Positions 10,599-21,265 of a stretch of DNA of 64,000 nt are shown one piece after another (the stretch's first letter is position 1; each line of letters starts with the position of its first letter). The DNA lies in assembly GCA_965248535.1 (NCBI GenBank), contig CBDFJR010000002.1, forward strand, positions 448,001-512,000, in the 5' to 3' direction. Origin of the DNA: Phormidesmis sp. (GTDB lineage Bacteria > Cyanobacteriota > Cyanobacteriia > Leptolyngbyales > Leptolyngbyaceae). The notes under the pieces were generated by a model that did no database searches, had not been told where the DNA came from, and worked only from the letters and a program-made list of their open reading frames with translations. A program made the position numbers and the translations under genes.

Positions 10599-13457
10599 TT
10601 GCATTCATTCCCTCATTCTGCAATTCTATGGCTTCTAACTCTCTCTCCTTCTCTCAACTCGGCCTGGCACACGATCGACCCAGCCCGATCGCTCGATCTG
10701 CTGCACAGCGATCGCACGATCGGGTTAACTCAACAGCAAGCCGATGAGCGGCTGCAAGAATTTGGCGCTAACCAACTCGAAGAAACGGGTGGGCGTAGCT
10801 CGGTCGAGATTTTAATTGACCAGTTTAAAAACGTGATGCTGCTGATGCTGATCGGCGTGGCGCTAGTGTCTGGCGTTTTAGACCTGCTCGATCTCTTGCA
10901 GGGAGCAGGCAAGCCGGGCGATATTCCTTTTAAAGACACGATCGCGATTTTGGCGATCGTGATTCTCAATGGCGCGTTGGGCTACTTTCAAGAAAGCCGG
11001 GCTGAGAAAGCGTTGGCTGCCCTTAAACAACTCTCGTCTCCCAAAGTTCGCATTCTTCGCGACGGCAGAGTGCACGAAATCGACTCTGAATATCTGGTGC
11101 CGGGCGATGTGATGATGGTCGAAGCGGGCGTTCAGCTAGCGGCCGATGGGCGACTGATCGAAACCTCAAACCTGCAAATTAGAGAATCTGCTTTGACGGG
11201 CGAAGCCCAAGCGGTCAACAAACAAGCCGACCTGCACCTGCCAGAAGAGACTTCGCTGGGCGATCGCTTGAACTTGGTCTATCAAGGGACTGAAGTGGTT
11301 CAGGGTCGCGGCACCGTCTTAGTGACAGGCACCGGGATGCGAACCGAACTTGGCAAAATTGCCGCCATGCTGCAAGCCGTCGAGACCGAGCCGACTCCGC
11401 TTCAGCAGCGCATGGATCAACTGAGTCAAGCTCTGGTGACGGGGGCGCTGATTCTCGTCGGGGTTGTGGTTATTGGGGGGCTAATCGCCGCCCGCAGCTT
11501 TGCCCCGATTCGAGAGTTGCTGCAAGTGTCGTTGAGCATGGCTGTCGCCGTTGTGCCCGAAGGGTTGCCTGCGGTGATCACCGTGACTCTGGCGATCGGC
11601 ACTCAGCGTATGGTGCGCCGCAATGCCCTAATTCGCAAACTTCCGGCTGTGGAGACTCTTGGCTCGGTGACGACGATTTGTTCTGACAAAACTGGGACAC
11701 TGACGCAGAACAAAATGGTGGTGCAGTCGTTCCACACTGCCAGCTTTTCGCCCAGCGTCACGGGCGAGGGCTATGTGCCTGAAGGCAAATTTCTGATTCA
11801 AGGTCAAGTTGCTGACCCGATCGACTATCCCGAAGTGCGATCGCTGCTTTTGGCCTGCACGCTCTGCAACGATTCCCTTTTGCAGTCAGAAAACGGACAG
11901 TGGATGATTTTGGGCGACCCCACCGAAGGGGCGTTGCTCGTCGTTGCTGCCAAGGCTGGGTTAGAGCAAGATCAGTGGAACAGCAAATTGCCGCGAGTGT
12001 CTGAGATCCCCTTCACGTCAGAACGCAAGCGCATGAGCGTGATTGTCAAAGATGCGGCGCGACTGCTGGAATCGGAGACAGGCTTTTTGTCAACGCCCTA
12101 CTTAATGTTTACGAAAGGATCGCCGGAGCTAGTGTTAGAGCGCTGCCAAAAGATTCAGTATGGCGATCGGGTGCAGGGTCTGACCGACGAACAGCGCCGC
12201 CAAATTTTAGACCGCAACAATCAGCTAGCGGCCAGAGGGCTGCGGGTTTTAGGATTTGCTTATAGAGCGCTGGATCAGGTTCCGCCCGAAGGCTCTGACT
12301 CAGCAGAAAATGATTTGATCTGGCTGGGCTTGGTGGATATGCTTGATGCCCCACGGCTAGAAGTGCGGGATGCTGTAGCTCGGTGTCGCACGGCGGGAAT
12401 CCGGCCGGTGATGATTACGGGCGATCACCAACTCACGGCCCAAGCGATCGCCGAAAACCTAGGCATCGCTAAACCCGGTGACGCAGTGCTGACTGGACGA
12501 GACCTCGAAAAAATGGACTTGTCAGAACTCGAACGGCAGGTCGATCGCGTCAGTGTCTATGCCCGTGTTGCCCCCGAACACAAGCTGCGAATCGTGCAAG
12601 CACTTCAGCGCAATGGCAAAATTGTGGCGATGACAGGTGACGGGGTAAATGACGCTCCGGCTTTAAAGCAAGCCGATATTGGGATCGCGATGGGCATCAC
12701 CGGAACCGATGTCAGCAAAGAAGCTAGCGATATGGTTTTGTTAGATGACAACTTCGCCACGATCGTGGCCGCCACCGAAGAAGGTCGCGTAGTTTACACC
12801 AACATTCGGCGGTTTATCAAATATATTCTTGGCTCCAACATTGGCGAAGTGTTGACGATCGCCGCGTCTCCGTTGCTGTTGCCGATCGGGGGCGTTCCGC
12901 TCTCGCCTCTGCAAATTTTGTGGATGAATCTCGTCACCGATGGGTTGCCTGCCTTGGCTTTAGCCGTCGAGCCTGCCGAACCCAATGTGATGAATCGCCC
13001 GCCCAATCGCCCCGATGAGAATATTTTTGCGCGTGGTTTGGGAGCCTACATGATTCGCATCGGCATCGTCTTGGCGGTTTTGACGATTATTCTCATGGTC
13101 GGCTCTTATCACTACACCACTCAAAACTTTGGCAATGGTCTAGATGCCGATCGCTGGAAAACAATGGTGTTCACCACTCTTTGCATCGCTCAAATGGGTC
13201 ACGCGATCGCCATTCGGTCAAACTCAAAACTGACGATCGAGCTAGACCCGCGCACCAACCCCTATGTCTGGGGTGCTGTCATCGTCACTACGCTTCTGCA
13301 ATTGATGTTGATCTACGTTGCCCCTCTCCGCCGCTTTTTTGGCACTCACTATCTCACCTTTAATGAACTGGCAGTTTGCATCGGGGTCAGCGCTCTGATG
13401 TTTATTTGGATCGAGATGGAAAAGCTGTTTGTGCGCTGGTTTGTCAATCGTCGATAA
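10599..13457 (+). CDS. Cation-transporting P-type ATPase (P2A, Ca2+-type, PacL/PMA1-like); true start may be ATG 10628 with a +1 frameshift
   Basis: [28 protein letters not shown] and [12 protein letters not shown] motifs. Confidence 0.95.
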   Translation: MHSFPHSAILWLLTLSPSLNSAWHTIDPARSLDLLHSDRTIGLTQQQADERLQEFGANQLEETGGRSSVEILIDQFKNVMLLMLIGVALVSGVLDLLDLLQGAGKPGDIPFKDTIAILAIVILNGALGYFQESRAEKALAALKQLSSPKVRILRDGRVHEIDSEYLVPGDVMMVEAGVQLAADGRLIETSNLQIRESALTGEAQAVNKQADLHLPEETSLGDRLNLVYQGTEVVQGRGTVLVTGTGMRTELGKIAAMLQAVETEPTPLQQRMDQLSQALVTGALILVGVVVIGGLIAARSFAPIRELLQVSLSMAVAVVPEGLPAVITVTLAIGTQRMVRRNALIRKLPAVETLGSVTTICSDKTGTLTQNKMVVQSFHTASFSPSVTGEGYVPEGKFLIQGQVADPIDYPEVRSLLLACTLCNDSLLQSENGQWMILGDPTEGALLVVAAKAGLEQDQWNSKLPRVSEIPFTSERKRMSVIVKDAARLLESETGFLSTPYLMFTKGSPELVLERCQKIQYGDRVQGLTDEQRRQILDRNNQLAARGLRVLGFAYRALDQVPPEGSDSAENDLIWLGLVDMLDAPRLEVRDAVARCRTAGIRPVMITGDHQLTAQAIAENLGIAKPGDAVLTGRDLEKMDLSELERQVDRVSVYARVAPEHKLRIVQALQRNGKIVAMTGDGVNDAPALKQADIGIAMGITGTDVSKEASDMVLLDDNFATIVAATEEGRVVYTNIRRFIKYILGSNIGEVLTIAASPLLLPIGGVPLSPLQILWMNLVTDGLPALALAVEPAEPNVMNRPPNRPDENIFARGLGAYMIRIGIVLAVLTIILMVGSYHYTTQNFGNGLDADRWKTMVFTTLCIAQMGHAIAIRSNSKLTIELDPRTNPYVWGAVIVTTLLQLMLIYVAPLRRFFGTHYLTFNELAVCIGVSALMFIWIEMEKLFVRWFVNRR

Positions 13458-13475
13458 ACCGAGTCTCAATCACTC

Positions 13476-13520
13476 AAAAAGCCCTGGGAGTGTTTAACAA
13501 GAATACTCTCAGGGCTTTTT
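13476..13520. terminator. Intrinsic terminator, possibly bidirectional
   Basis: AAAAAGCCCTGGGAGT...ACTCTCAGGGCTTTTT inverted repeat right after the ATPase stop. Confidence 0.8.
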
Positions 13521-13634
13521 AATAAATGCTCTGAAAACCGTAGCGAAGTTGTCTATTTCTCAACCGTTAAAAATCTATCCTGAGGTATACTTTACGAAAT
13601 CTTAAATCCCTCTTAAGGGAGAAGACAGCACCCA

Positions 13635-14021
13635 TTGGAGATAAATGCCGTGCAACAATCCATTAAAGACTCGGAGCTTGAAGCCGATCTCAGCAGATTG
13701 ACCAGTGCTTTTGCAACTCGCAACGTCACGATCGGCAAAGAGGTGATCGCCAGCTTGAGAAATCGGCTGACCCTGCGAGACGTAGCCGGAATGGTAATCG
13801 TCAGCCTCGAACGCCTTGTCTGGCAAGACCCATTAGCCTTTTGCTGGGCAGTCGAAAACACAGTTCCGGGCTATGTGATGCGAGAAATCAGGAGAATCAC
13901 CTCCATCACGGTTTATAAACGGTTGATTGATCGCGGCTTAGATCCCGGACAAGACTTCAGCGTCGATGCTAAAGGAAATATCTTGTTTAACGATCGCGCT
14001 AAAACCACCGTCTTGAGCTAG
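13635..14021 (+). CDS. Hypothetical protein
   Basis: 128-aa ORF, TTG start preceded by GGGAGA; C-terminal GLDPGQDFSVDAKG. Confidence 0.65.
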   Translation: MEINAVQQSIKDSELEADLSRLTSAFATRNVTIGKEVIASLRNRLTLRDVAGMVIVSLERLVWQDPLAFCWAVENTVPGYVMREIRRITSITVYKRLIDRGLDPGQDFSVDAKGNILFNDRAKTTVLS

Positions 14022-14133
14022 GTCAAAAAGGGGACAACTGTAGGTAGAAACCAATCCGGCTTGGGCAACTTATCAGTAGGGTGGAAAGTGCATCGTCACA
14101 AGCGATCCACGCTTCTAATCAAAACATCTGATC

Positions 14134-15087
14134 ATGACCATGCTGGATTTTACAGTCGCCATTCGCACCTTCAATGGGGCTAAACGCTTGCCCCAACTGC
14201 TCGATTCCCTGCGGACTCAACAGGCTCAGGCGATCAATTGGGAAGTGCTAATCGTCGATAACAACAGTAACGACGACACAGCCCAAGTGATCAAAAATTA
14301 CCAAAATGACTGGAAACTTTGCCCCCTACGGTATGTATTTGAACCCCAGCAAGGAGCCGCGATCGCTCGTCGTCGCGCTATTCAAGAAGCCCACAGCAGC
14401 CTCATCGGTTTCTTAGATGACGACAATCTGCCCGCCGAAGATTGGGTGAGTGCCGCCGTCAATTTTGGGCAAGCTACCCCCAAGGCTGGGGCCTTTGGCA
14501 GCCGGGTTCACGGCGTTTTTGAAACAGAAATTCCCAAAAACTTTGAGAAAATTTCTGAATATCTGGCGATCAAAGAAACCAGTCAACCCTATTGCTATGA
14601 CAGCTATAAAAAAGGATTGCCCGCCGGAGCCGGACTCGTCATTCGCCGACAAGCCTGGTTAGAAAGCGTTCCCACGCATCTCGTTCTTCAAGGCCCGACG
14701 GGCGATCGCTTACCAACCAAAGGCGAAGAAATCGAAGCCCTCTTCTACCTCCGCAAAACAGGTTGGCAAATTTGGCATCATCCCACGATGCAAATTGAGC
14801 ATCACATTCCCGAAGGGCGCTTAAAAAGAGATTATCTGCTTAATTTTTTTCGCACCTTGGGGTTGAGCCGCTATCGTTTGAGAATGCTGCGCTTTGTGGG
14901 CTGGCAGCAACCTGCGATGACGATCGTGTACTTAATCAGCGATGTCTGCAAGATTGCTAGATTTTTTATTCTCCATCATAAAATTCTTCAAACTGATGTG
15001 GTTGCTGCCTGTGAAATGCAGACGTTAATTGGCAGCTTGTTCAGTCCTTTTTATCTGTTTAAAAAAACGCTGTTATCCGTCCCTTAA
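14134..15087 (+). CDS. GT2 glycosyltransferase, HpsE-like (hormogonium polysaccharide family)
   Basis: DFTVAIRTFNGA, VDNNSND, GFLDDD and GAGLVIRRQAWLE motifs. Confidence 0.88.
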   Translation: MTMLDFTVAIRTFNGAKRLPQLLDSLRTQQAQAINWEVLIVDNNSNDDTAQVIKNYQNDWKLCPLRYVFEPQQGAAIARRRAIQEAHSSLIGFLDDDNLPAEDWVSAAVNFGQATPKAGAFGSRVHGVFETEIPKNFEKISEYLAIKETSQPYCYDSYKKGLPAGAGLVIRRQAWLESVPTHLVLQGPTGDRLPTKGEEIEALFYLRKTGWQIWHHPTMQIEHHIPEGRLKRDYLLNFFRTLGLSRYRLRMLRFVGWQQPAMTIVYLISDVCKIARFFILHHKILQTDVVAACEMQTLIGSLFSPFYLFKKTLLSVP

Positions 15088-15185
15088 TACTTCGATCATT
15101 TGCGAAAAACACGTTGCTCTTGGTTAACCGATCTTTTTTACCGTTCTCATTCTCTACTTGATGTCTCCCTAAGCAGCCGTAAACG

Positions 15186-16133
15186 ATGCTAGATTTTACC
15201 ATTGCTATTTGCACCTACAATGGAGCCGATCGGATCAAGCAGGTATTGGAGCGACTGCACTCCCAGATTAATTCTCAAGACATTACATGGGAAATTGTGG
15301 TCGTTGATAACAACAGCAGCGATCACATTAAACAAGTAATTGATGATTATCAAAAAAGTCACTTTTCGACAGCGAGACTTCGCTATTTGTTTGAGCCTGA
15401 GCAAGGAGCCGCCTTTGCCAGGATTCGAGCCGTTCAAGAAGCAAAAGGTGATCTCGTTGGGTTTCTCGATGACGATACGCTTCCCGATCAAAATTGGCTT
15501 CTAAACGCCTATAAATTTGCTCAAACTCATCCTCAAGCAGGAGCTTATGGAGGGCAAATTCATGGCGAATTTGAAACTGAACCTTCACCGGAATTTAAGC
15601 AGATTGCGATCTTTTTAGCGATCGTCGAACGCGGTTCAAAGCCACACCTTTATACGCGAGTTCTGCCGCCTGGCGCAGGTCTGGTTGTAAGGCGACAAGC
15701 CTGGCTAGAGAGCGTTCCTGCCCGGCCGTTTCTATCGGGACGCACCCCTCGATCGATGCTGACAAGCGAAGATATTGCAGCCGTAATTCACATTCAAAAG
15801 GCTGGGTGGGAGGTTTGGTATAACCCAGAAATGCACCTCTATCATCAAATTCCGGCGTGGCGGTTGGAGCGCACTTATCTGCTTAACTTAGTGAGAGGAA
15901 TTGGGTTGGCTAGACATCACATTCGCATGATGCGCCTTGATGCTTGGCAGCGTCCCCTAGCTTTTCCGGCTTATCTCACTAATGACTTAATCAAAGCAGT
16001 TTCTTATTACATTCAGCATCAAAAATCACTTAAAAAAGATTTGACTGTCGCTTGTCAAATGGAGCTATTAACGAGTAGTTTAATGAGTCCTTTTTATCTG
16101 TTGATTTGTCCTAGGTTGAAACCAATCAGATGA
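15186..16133 (+). CDS. GT2 glycosyltransferase, HpsE-like (tandem paralogue)
   Basis: DFTIAICTYNGA, VDNNS, GFLDDD, PPGAGLVVRRQAWLE; collinear with the upstream gene. Confidence 0.88.
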   Translation: MLDFTIAICTYNGADRIKQVLERLHSQINSQDITWEIVVVDNNSSDHIKQVIDDYQKSHFSTARLRYLFEPEQGAAFARIRAVQEAKGDLVGFLDDDTLPDQNWLLNAYKFAQTHPQAGAYGGQIHGEFETEPSPEFKQIAIFLAIVERGSKPHLYTRVLPPGAGLVVRRQAWLESVPARPFLSGRTPRSMLTSEDIAAVIHIQKAGWEVWYNPEMHLYHQIPAWRLERTYLLNLVRGIGLARHHIRMMRLDAWQRPLAFPAYLTNDLIKAVSYYIQHQKSLKKDLTVACQMELLTSSLMSPFYLLICPRLKPIR

Positions 16134-17234
16134 AACTATTGATTCAACATAATCATCGCCAAGATGAAATTTCTGGCGTTTTAACTTATATCTGTTCCAT
16201 TCAATCAGAGCTGAAACTGAGAGGAATTGAAACTAAAATAATTTCTACTACTCAAAACTCATTTCAACAATGGATCAGCGCCATTGTTTGGGCTGATTCC
16301 ATTCACATGAATTCTAATCACTTATCTTTTGCGGTTCTCTGCAAGGTTTTTAACAAAAAAATTGTCATCAAATATCACTATTTGTTCTATACGTCGATTC
16401 ACTCTACTTATCAATCGATGTCTCTTGCTCAGAGACTTAAAAGAGAGTTCATTTGCTCATTACCTAAAGTCTAACTACCCCCTGAAATGGAAGATTCACA
16501 CTTTTGTAAAACTAGCGAAATTAGCGACTCGTTTTTTGACTGCTTTAATCGTCGATCGCCGCACTGCTTGCAGTCAATTTTTAGCCGATTCTCACAGCTT
16601 TCCGGGAAAAGTTATCCCGTTATATAATCCGATTTCAGTCCAGATCATCGAAAGTCAAAAAACGATCGCTGACCTATCTCAGCCTGGCTCATTTGTCTAT
16701 GTGGGACGACTCAACCGCGATAAAGGAGTTGATTTATTATTAAAAGCAGCAAGCCTGCTTCAAACTCAAAACAGAGATTTTCGAGTGTTGATTATTGGAG
16801 AAGGCGGCGAATTGAAGTCCCTCCAGACTTTGGCGGCAGAGCTAGACATTCTCAATCGAGTTGAATTTTTAGGAGCCTGTTCTCAGTCTAAGATTTTGCC
16901 GATCGTTCAATTTGCTCTCGCGCTGGTTGCGCCCTCACGATGGCAAGAACCCGCAGGCTATGTTGTGCTGGAAGCGGCTAGCGTTTCGACGTGCTCGATC
17001 GTGGCTAATGTCGGAGGGTTACCAGAAATGGCAGGGTCACACAGTCTCTTGTTTGAGCCGGAAAACGTTGAACAATTAGCAGCCGCAATGAGCGTGTGTC
17101 TAGATTGTCCCCAAGAAGCTCTAGAGCGGGGCAAACGAGCTAATCAATATGTCAGTGAGAGATTTTCTCCGGCTCAAACCGTTGATCACTTGCTCAAAAT
17201 CTATCAACAGCTTAGTCCCAGGTTTAACCGTTAG
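16130..17234 (+). pseudogene. GT4 glycosyltransferase split by one frameshift near 16466-16469 (real or assembly error)
   Basis: N-terminal ORF 16130-16474 is coupled by an ATGA overlap. The C-terminal frame has YVGRLNRDKG and EPAGYVVLEA. Removing one base gives ...SLPKSNYPLKWK... Confidence 0.8.
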
Positions 17235-17274
17235 ACCACTGTCCCGTACTAAATTTAGTACTAATAAGATGTGC

Positions 17275-17784
17275 TCAGAGATCCACCGTTACGGCATCCA
17301 TGACACGCTGCATATCCAGTAAGAAAATAGCCAGTGTTGCCTTGCCTTGAGGTAAAACCGCAACTCGACTAGCAATGTTCAAGGGATGCCCATTGCGATA
17401 AGGCTCTGGCAACTTGCGAATCATATTGAGCGGTAACTCTACAAGATCGGGGGGAGCATCGACTCGAATGGCACAATATTCGTCTAGAGCCGATCGGGTG
17501 ATGACCAAAAACTGTTGACCGCCCAGCGTTGGATTAGTCTGTTTTAACGCCAGATGGGGATGCAAGTTGAGCACAGCGATCGCGTGACTGCCTAAATGAA
17601 TTAGCTCTAGCGGCTTAGATAACTCGCGCAATTCGATAGGACAATTGACCACTCTCAGCACTGCTTCTAGGGGCAAGGCTAGGCGATAGCCCGCGATCGC
17701 AAAGGCGATCGCTTTTAAACAAGAGATTTCTTTATGAACATCCCCGATCGGGGAAGACGGCACACTCAATAAACTTGAACCCAT
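17275..17784 (-). CDS. CheW-like coupling protein
   Basis: CheW-like pattern (FAIAGYRLALPLEAVLRVV...AIRVD); last gene of the taxis cluster. Confidence 0.8.
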   Translation of the reverse strand: MGSSLLSVPSSPIGDVHKEISCLKAIAFAIAGYRLALPLEAVLRVVNCPIELRELSKPLELIHLGSHAIAVLNLHPHLALKQTNPTLGGQQFLVITRSALDEYCAIRVDAPPDLVELPLNMIRKLPEPYRNGHPLNIASRVAVLPQGKATLAIFLLDMQRVMDAVTVDL

Positions 17785-17832
17785 AGCAATCTCCTAGAAC
17801 ATCACGCAAAGAAAATGATTGAGACCCAGAGC

Positions 17833-20800
17833 TTAGGATGCCCGAACTTTGAGGGACTTAGCGATTAACTCAGCCGCCATCTCTAACAGCATTTGTTCAG
17901 CATAGGGCTTGGTCAAATAGGCGGTGGCTCCCAACTGCATCGCCAGTTGTTGATGTTTTTCGTTGCTGCGTGAGGTCAACATCACCACCGGAACCCGAAC
18001 AAACGTGGGATCTTGCTGGTAGCGCATCAGAAACTCAAATCCATTCAGCCGGGGCATTTCTACATCACAGGTGATTAGATGAATGTTGGGGTGTTGCTGT
18101 AACTGAGCGATCGCTTCTAACCCATCCTGGGCGTGTAGGACTCGATAGCCTGCACTCTGCAAGGTCAACGTCAGCATTTGTCGCACGGTCATAGAGTCAT
18201 CGACTACTAAGACTGTCGGCTGCACTGAGGCAGCTAACTGAGGCACCGCAACAGGCGGTAAATCAGATGTCCCTAACAGCGCTAACTCAGACGCTAAGTA
18301 GGTTGTAGCAGTTGGCTGAACCTCGTTGAAAGCGGGGGCTAGATTGCTGCTTTGCTGCACTAAGGCGACTCCATCAATCACCAGCATCAATTGTCCATCG
18401 CCCAAAATGCTGCAACCATAGATATAGCTAGGCGGCGCGATCGCCGTTCCCATGGGTTGAATGACTAACTCTTGTTCTCCTAAAATGCGATCGACCTCAA
18501 TACCGATCAATCCGGTTGGTCGTTGCAGGAGCAATATCGGAGCGGCATCTGCCGTCAGCACCGCCGCAAAGCTATTGTCAAGGGTGCTTCTAGCCGTTGA
18601 TGAAGGTGTAGTGTAATCAACCAACTGAGAGAGAGAATAAAGGGGAATCGGTTGTTCGGTGCCTGATTGATTCCAGTGCAGCACCCGTTTGCCCGCGATC
18701 GTTTCAACCTGTCCTAGTTGGGGAGCCAAAATCTTTTCAATTTCATCTGATAACAGAGCATAGACGGCCGGCCCCGCCTGACAAATCAGAAGTCGAGCAC
18801 TCATCAGCGTCAGGGGTAGCTGAAGCGAAAAGGTAGTGCCCTGGCTGAGGGTCGAACTGACGCTAACGCTGCCCTTGATTGACTCTAGCTGCGATCGGAC
18901 AACATCTAACCCAACGCCCCGCCCCGACAAATCACTGACCTGATCGGTAGTCGAAAACCCTGGCTCAAACAACAGATTTAACAGGGCTGCTTTTGAGCAC
19001 TGATCAACTTGATCGGAAGGCAATCGCTGAAGATCATAGCCGCGCTGACAAATTTTCTTCAGATCCAGTCCGCGACCGTCATCGCTCACATCAATCAGGG
19101 TGCGATTTCCCTGCTGATAAGCTCGAATCTTGATGTGTCCGGTAGTTGATTTTCCGGCTTGGTGGCGATCTTGGCTCGACTCAATGCCGTGATCAAACGC
19201 ATTGCGAATTAAATGGAGCAACACATCATAGAGTTTTTCAGCCACCGCTTTATCGACTAAAACATTAGTTCCTTCAATCTCTAGGTGAACGGTTTTTCCA
19301 TGAGTTTCGATTAGCTGCTGCAACACGCGAGTTAACCGATTTAGAACCGTCCCGATCGGAACCCTCTGCACGGTCATCAAATCATCTCGCACATTGGTGA
19401 TCAGTCGCCGTTGTTTCTTGAGACTTTGACTCGTTTCTCGCGCCAATTGCTCGATCGCTTCTGCACTCGTTTCTAGTCGCACCAGTTCTTCGAGAGCAGA
19501 GTGGGATAGCACCTGCAACTCGCTGTGACGATCGAGTTCTAAGCTGTCAAATTTTGTTTTTAGCTCATTGCTTTGGGTGATTAGATCGCCAGACTCGCCC
19601 GATCGTGGACTCTTTTCGGGCAAAATCAACAGTTGATCAGACCAATTTCTTAGCTCAGTCATGGTCTGCTGATGCTGCCTGAGTCCATTCAGCAAGTCTT
19701 GAATCATGATTTGCAGGCGCTCATCTTGCAAGGCCTGCCGATTTTGGTTAATCAACAACTCGCTGGTTGAATAGTTGAGGGCTTCTAGGTGCTCTAGATC
19801 AACTCGAATGGTTGTTGATTGCCCGATCGCGGTTTGCGTAGGTGAAGAGGGCGCGATCGGGGAAACTAGATGAGGCGGCTGAGGGTCGTTAGAGAGAGGA
19901 GCGGATATTTCTAGGTCGCTGTCTACACTGACAGCAGGCGATTGTTCCCCAAGGTTATCCCACAATTCAAACCCATCTATGTCAGCCTCAGAACTCGATA
20001 AAGGAGGGAAGTCTTGAAGCGCAAATTGACTCACCTCGGAAGGTTGATCAGCAGGCTCAAGCTGATTGGCAAGCTCCTCTAAAGCTGCGTCAATTGAGTG
20101 CATTTCCTCCAAGGCTTCTGGAGTCTCAAATCGGGTGGATTGTTGTTCTGAAACGGGCGCTGAAAGGAGGGGAAGTCCAGCCTTAGGCACTGCTAATGGG
20201 GCGCTCGGCTTCTTCCAGAGAGGACGATTGAGAAAAGCAATCAGTTGGCTCCAAGACTTTGTGAAATCAGATTTGCTCAACAGTTCTCGCGTTGCTTTAA
20301 CGTTGCGTTGATGAGCAGGAACCTGTGTAGATGAAGGTTTTGACCGTTTAGCCAACTGTTTGAGCGTGGCTGAGGCTTCACCGCCACGGGTGCGATCGCC
20401 GCCCAACACCGCAAGCTGTCCTTGCCGAAAATCTATCACCGCCGCTTCAGCGATCGCCCTAACCTGATCAGGGTTTGCCTTCAACGCTTCTAGGGTAGTC
20501 TGAGCGATCGACCCAAATCCTGGCAACCCTAGCGACTCTGCCAACCCAACAAAAACTTCGGCTTGAGTTTGCAACCCTTGAGCAATCAGCACCAAGTCCG
20601 ACTCTGCTAATGTGGTTGCCAACTGTTCTATTCGCTCCCCAACTCCTGTCTCAAAAATCGACTGAGTAATATCAAACCCCAACTCAGCCGAAGACGGAAT
20701 GCTAGCACCCGGATCAAAGTGTTTCCCTAACTTCTTCTGAAGTTGAGCAAAGAGAGTGGCGGCTCGTTCTAACACCTCGTCATCGTGACTTTCTAGCCCA

Positions 20801-21126
20801 GCCAGCACCGAGACTAAGGGCGATCGTAGACACTCATAGCTTTCAAACAGCAGCGCTTCTAACTCTGAGTCGATTTCAACCTCTGGTTTATAGAACGCTT
20901 TGAAGACATCCTCTAACGTGTGAGCCATGGTTTTGATGCTCTCAAACCCGACACTGGCTGCCCCACCTTTGAGCGTATGAGCGGCTCGCATCAAACTGTG
21001 AATTTTTGCAGGGCTGCGGTCTGCTCTCAGACTCAATAAGTCTTGTTCTATTCCTTGTAGGAGATCTTGGGCTTCTGTCAAGAAACAGGAATAGGTCTGT
21101 TCGCGAATGGTTAGGGGAGTCGCCAT
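17833..21126 (-). CDS. CheA-like hybrid kinase (HPt-HATPase-CheW-REC), PixL/PtxE type
   Basis: MRAAHTLKG HPt; HLIRNAFDHGIE; GFSTTDQVSDLSGRGVGLDVV; C-terminal receiver. Confidence 0.95.
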   Translation of the reverse strand: MATPLTIREQTYSCFLTEAQDLLQGIEQDLLSLRADRSPAKIHSLMRAAHTLKGGAASVGFESIKTMAHTLEDVFKAFYKPEVEIDSELEALLFESYECLRSPLVSVLAGLESHDDEVLERAATLFAQLQKKLGKHFDPGASIPSSAELGFDITQSIFETGVGERIEQLATTLAESDLVLIAQGLQTQAEVFVGLAESLGLPGFGSIAQTTLEALKANPDQVRAIAEAAVIDFRQGQLAVLGGDRTRGGEASATLKQLAKRSKPSSTQVPAHQRNVKATRELLSKSDFTKSWSQLIAFLNRPLWKKPSAPLAVPKAGLPLLSAPVSEQQSTRFETPEALEEMHSIDAALEELANQLEPADQPSEVSQFALQDFPPLSSSEADIDGFELWDNLGEQSPAVSVDSDLEISAPLSNDPQPPHLVSPIAPSSPTQTAIGQSTTIRVDLEHLEALNYSTSELLINQNRQALQDERLQIMIQDLLNGLRQHQQTMTELRNWSDQLLILPEKSPRSGESGDLITQSNELKTKFDSLELDRHSELQVLSHSALEELVRLETSAEAIEQLARETSQSLKKQRRLITNVRDDLMTVQRVPIGTVLNRLTRVLQQLIETHGKTVHLEIEGTNVLVDKAVAEKLYDVLLHLIRNAFDHGIESSQDRHQAGKSTTGHIKIRAYQQGNRTLIDVSDDGRGLDLKKICQRGYDLQRLPSDQVDQCSKAALLNLLFEPGFSTTDQVSDLSGRGVGLDVVRSQLESIKGSVSVSSTLSQGTTFSLQLPLTLMSARLLICQAGPAVYALLSDEIEKILAPQLGQVETIAGKRVLHWNQSGTEQPIPLYSLSQLVDYTTPSSTARSTLDNSFAAVLTADAAPILLLQRPTGLIGIEVDRILGEQELVIQPMGTAIAPPSYIYGCSILGDGQLMLVIDGVALVQQSSNLAPAFNEVQPTATTYLASELALLGTSDLPPVAVPQLAASVQPTVLVVDDSMTVRQMLTLTLQSAGYRVLHAQDGLEAIAQLQQHPNIHLITCDVEMPRLNGFEFLMRYQQDPTFVRVPVVMLTSRSNEKHQQLAMQLGATAYLTKPYAEQMLLEMAAELIAKSLKVRAS

Positions 21127-21173
21127 AGGAAATTGGGTTTTGAGGGTTGAGTTAGCTCAGGGGCACCAAATCG

Positions 21174-21201
21174 GATGGGCACAGCAATGCCATGCCCATA
21201 C
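21174..21201. repeat. REP-like short palindrome
   Basis: GGATGGGCACAGCAATGCCATGCCCATAC, an imperfect hairpin resembling GTAG-type REP-like elements, between the MCP and cheA genes. Confidence 0.5.
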
Positions 21202-21265
21202 TAGGTTAGACAACTTTGGGTCTTCGGTTAATTCCTGATCCTAAGAGTCTGGAAGAACCCGATCG

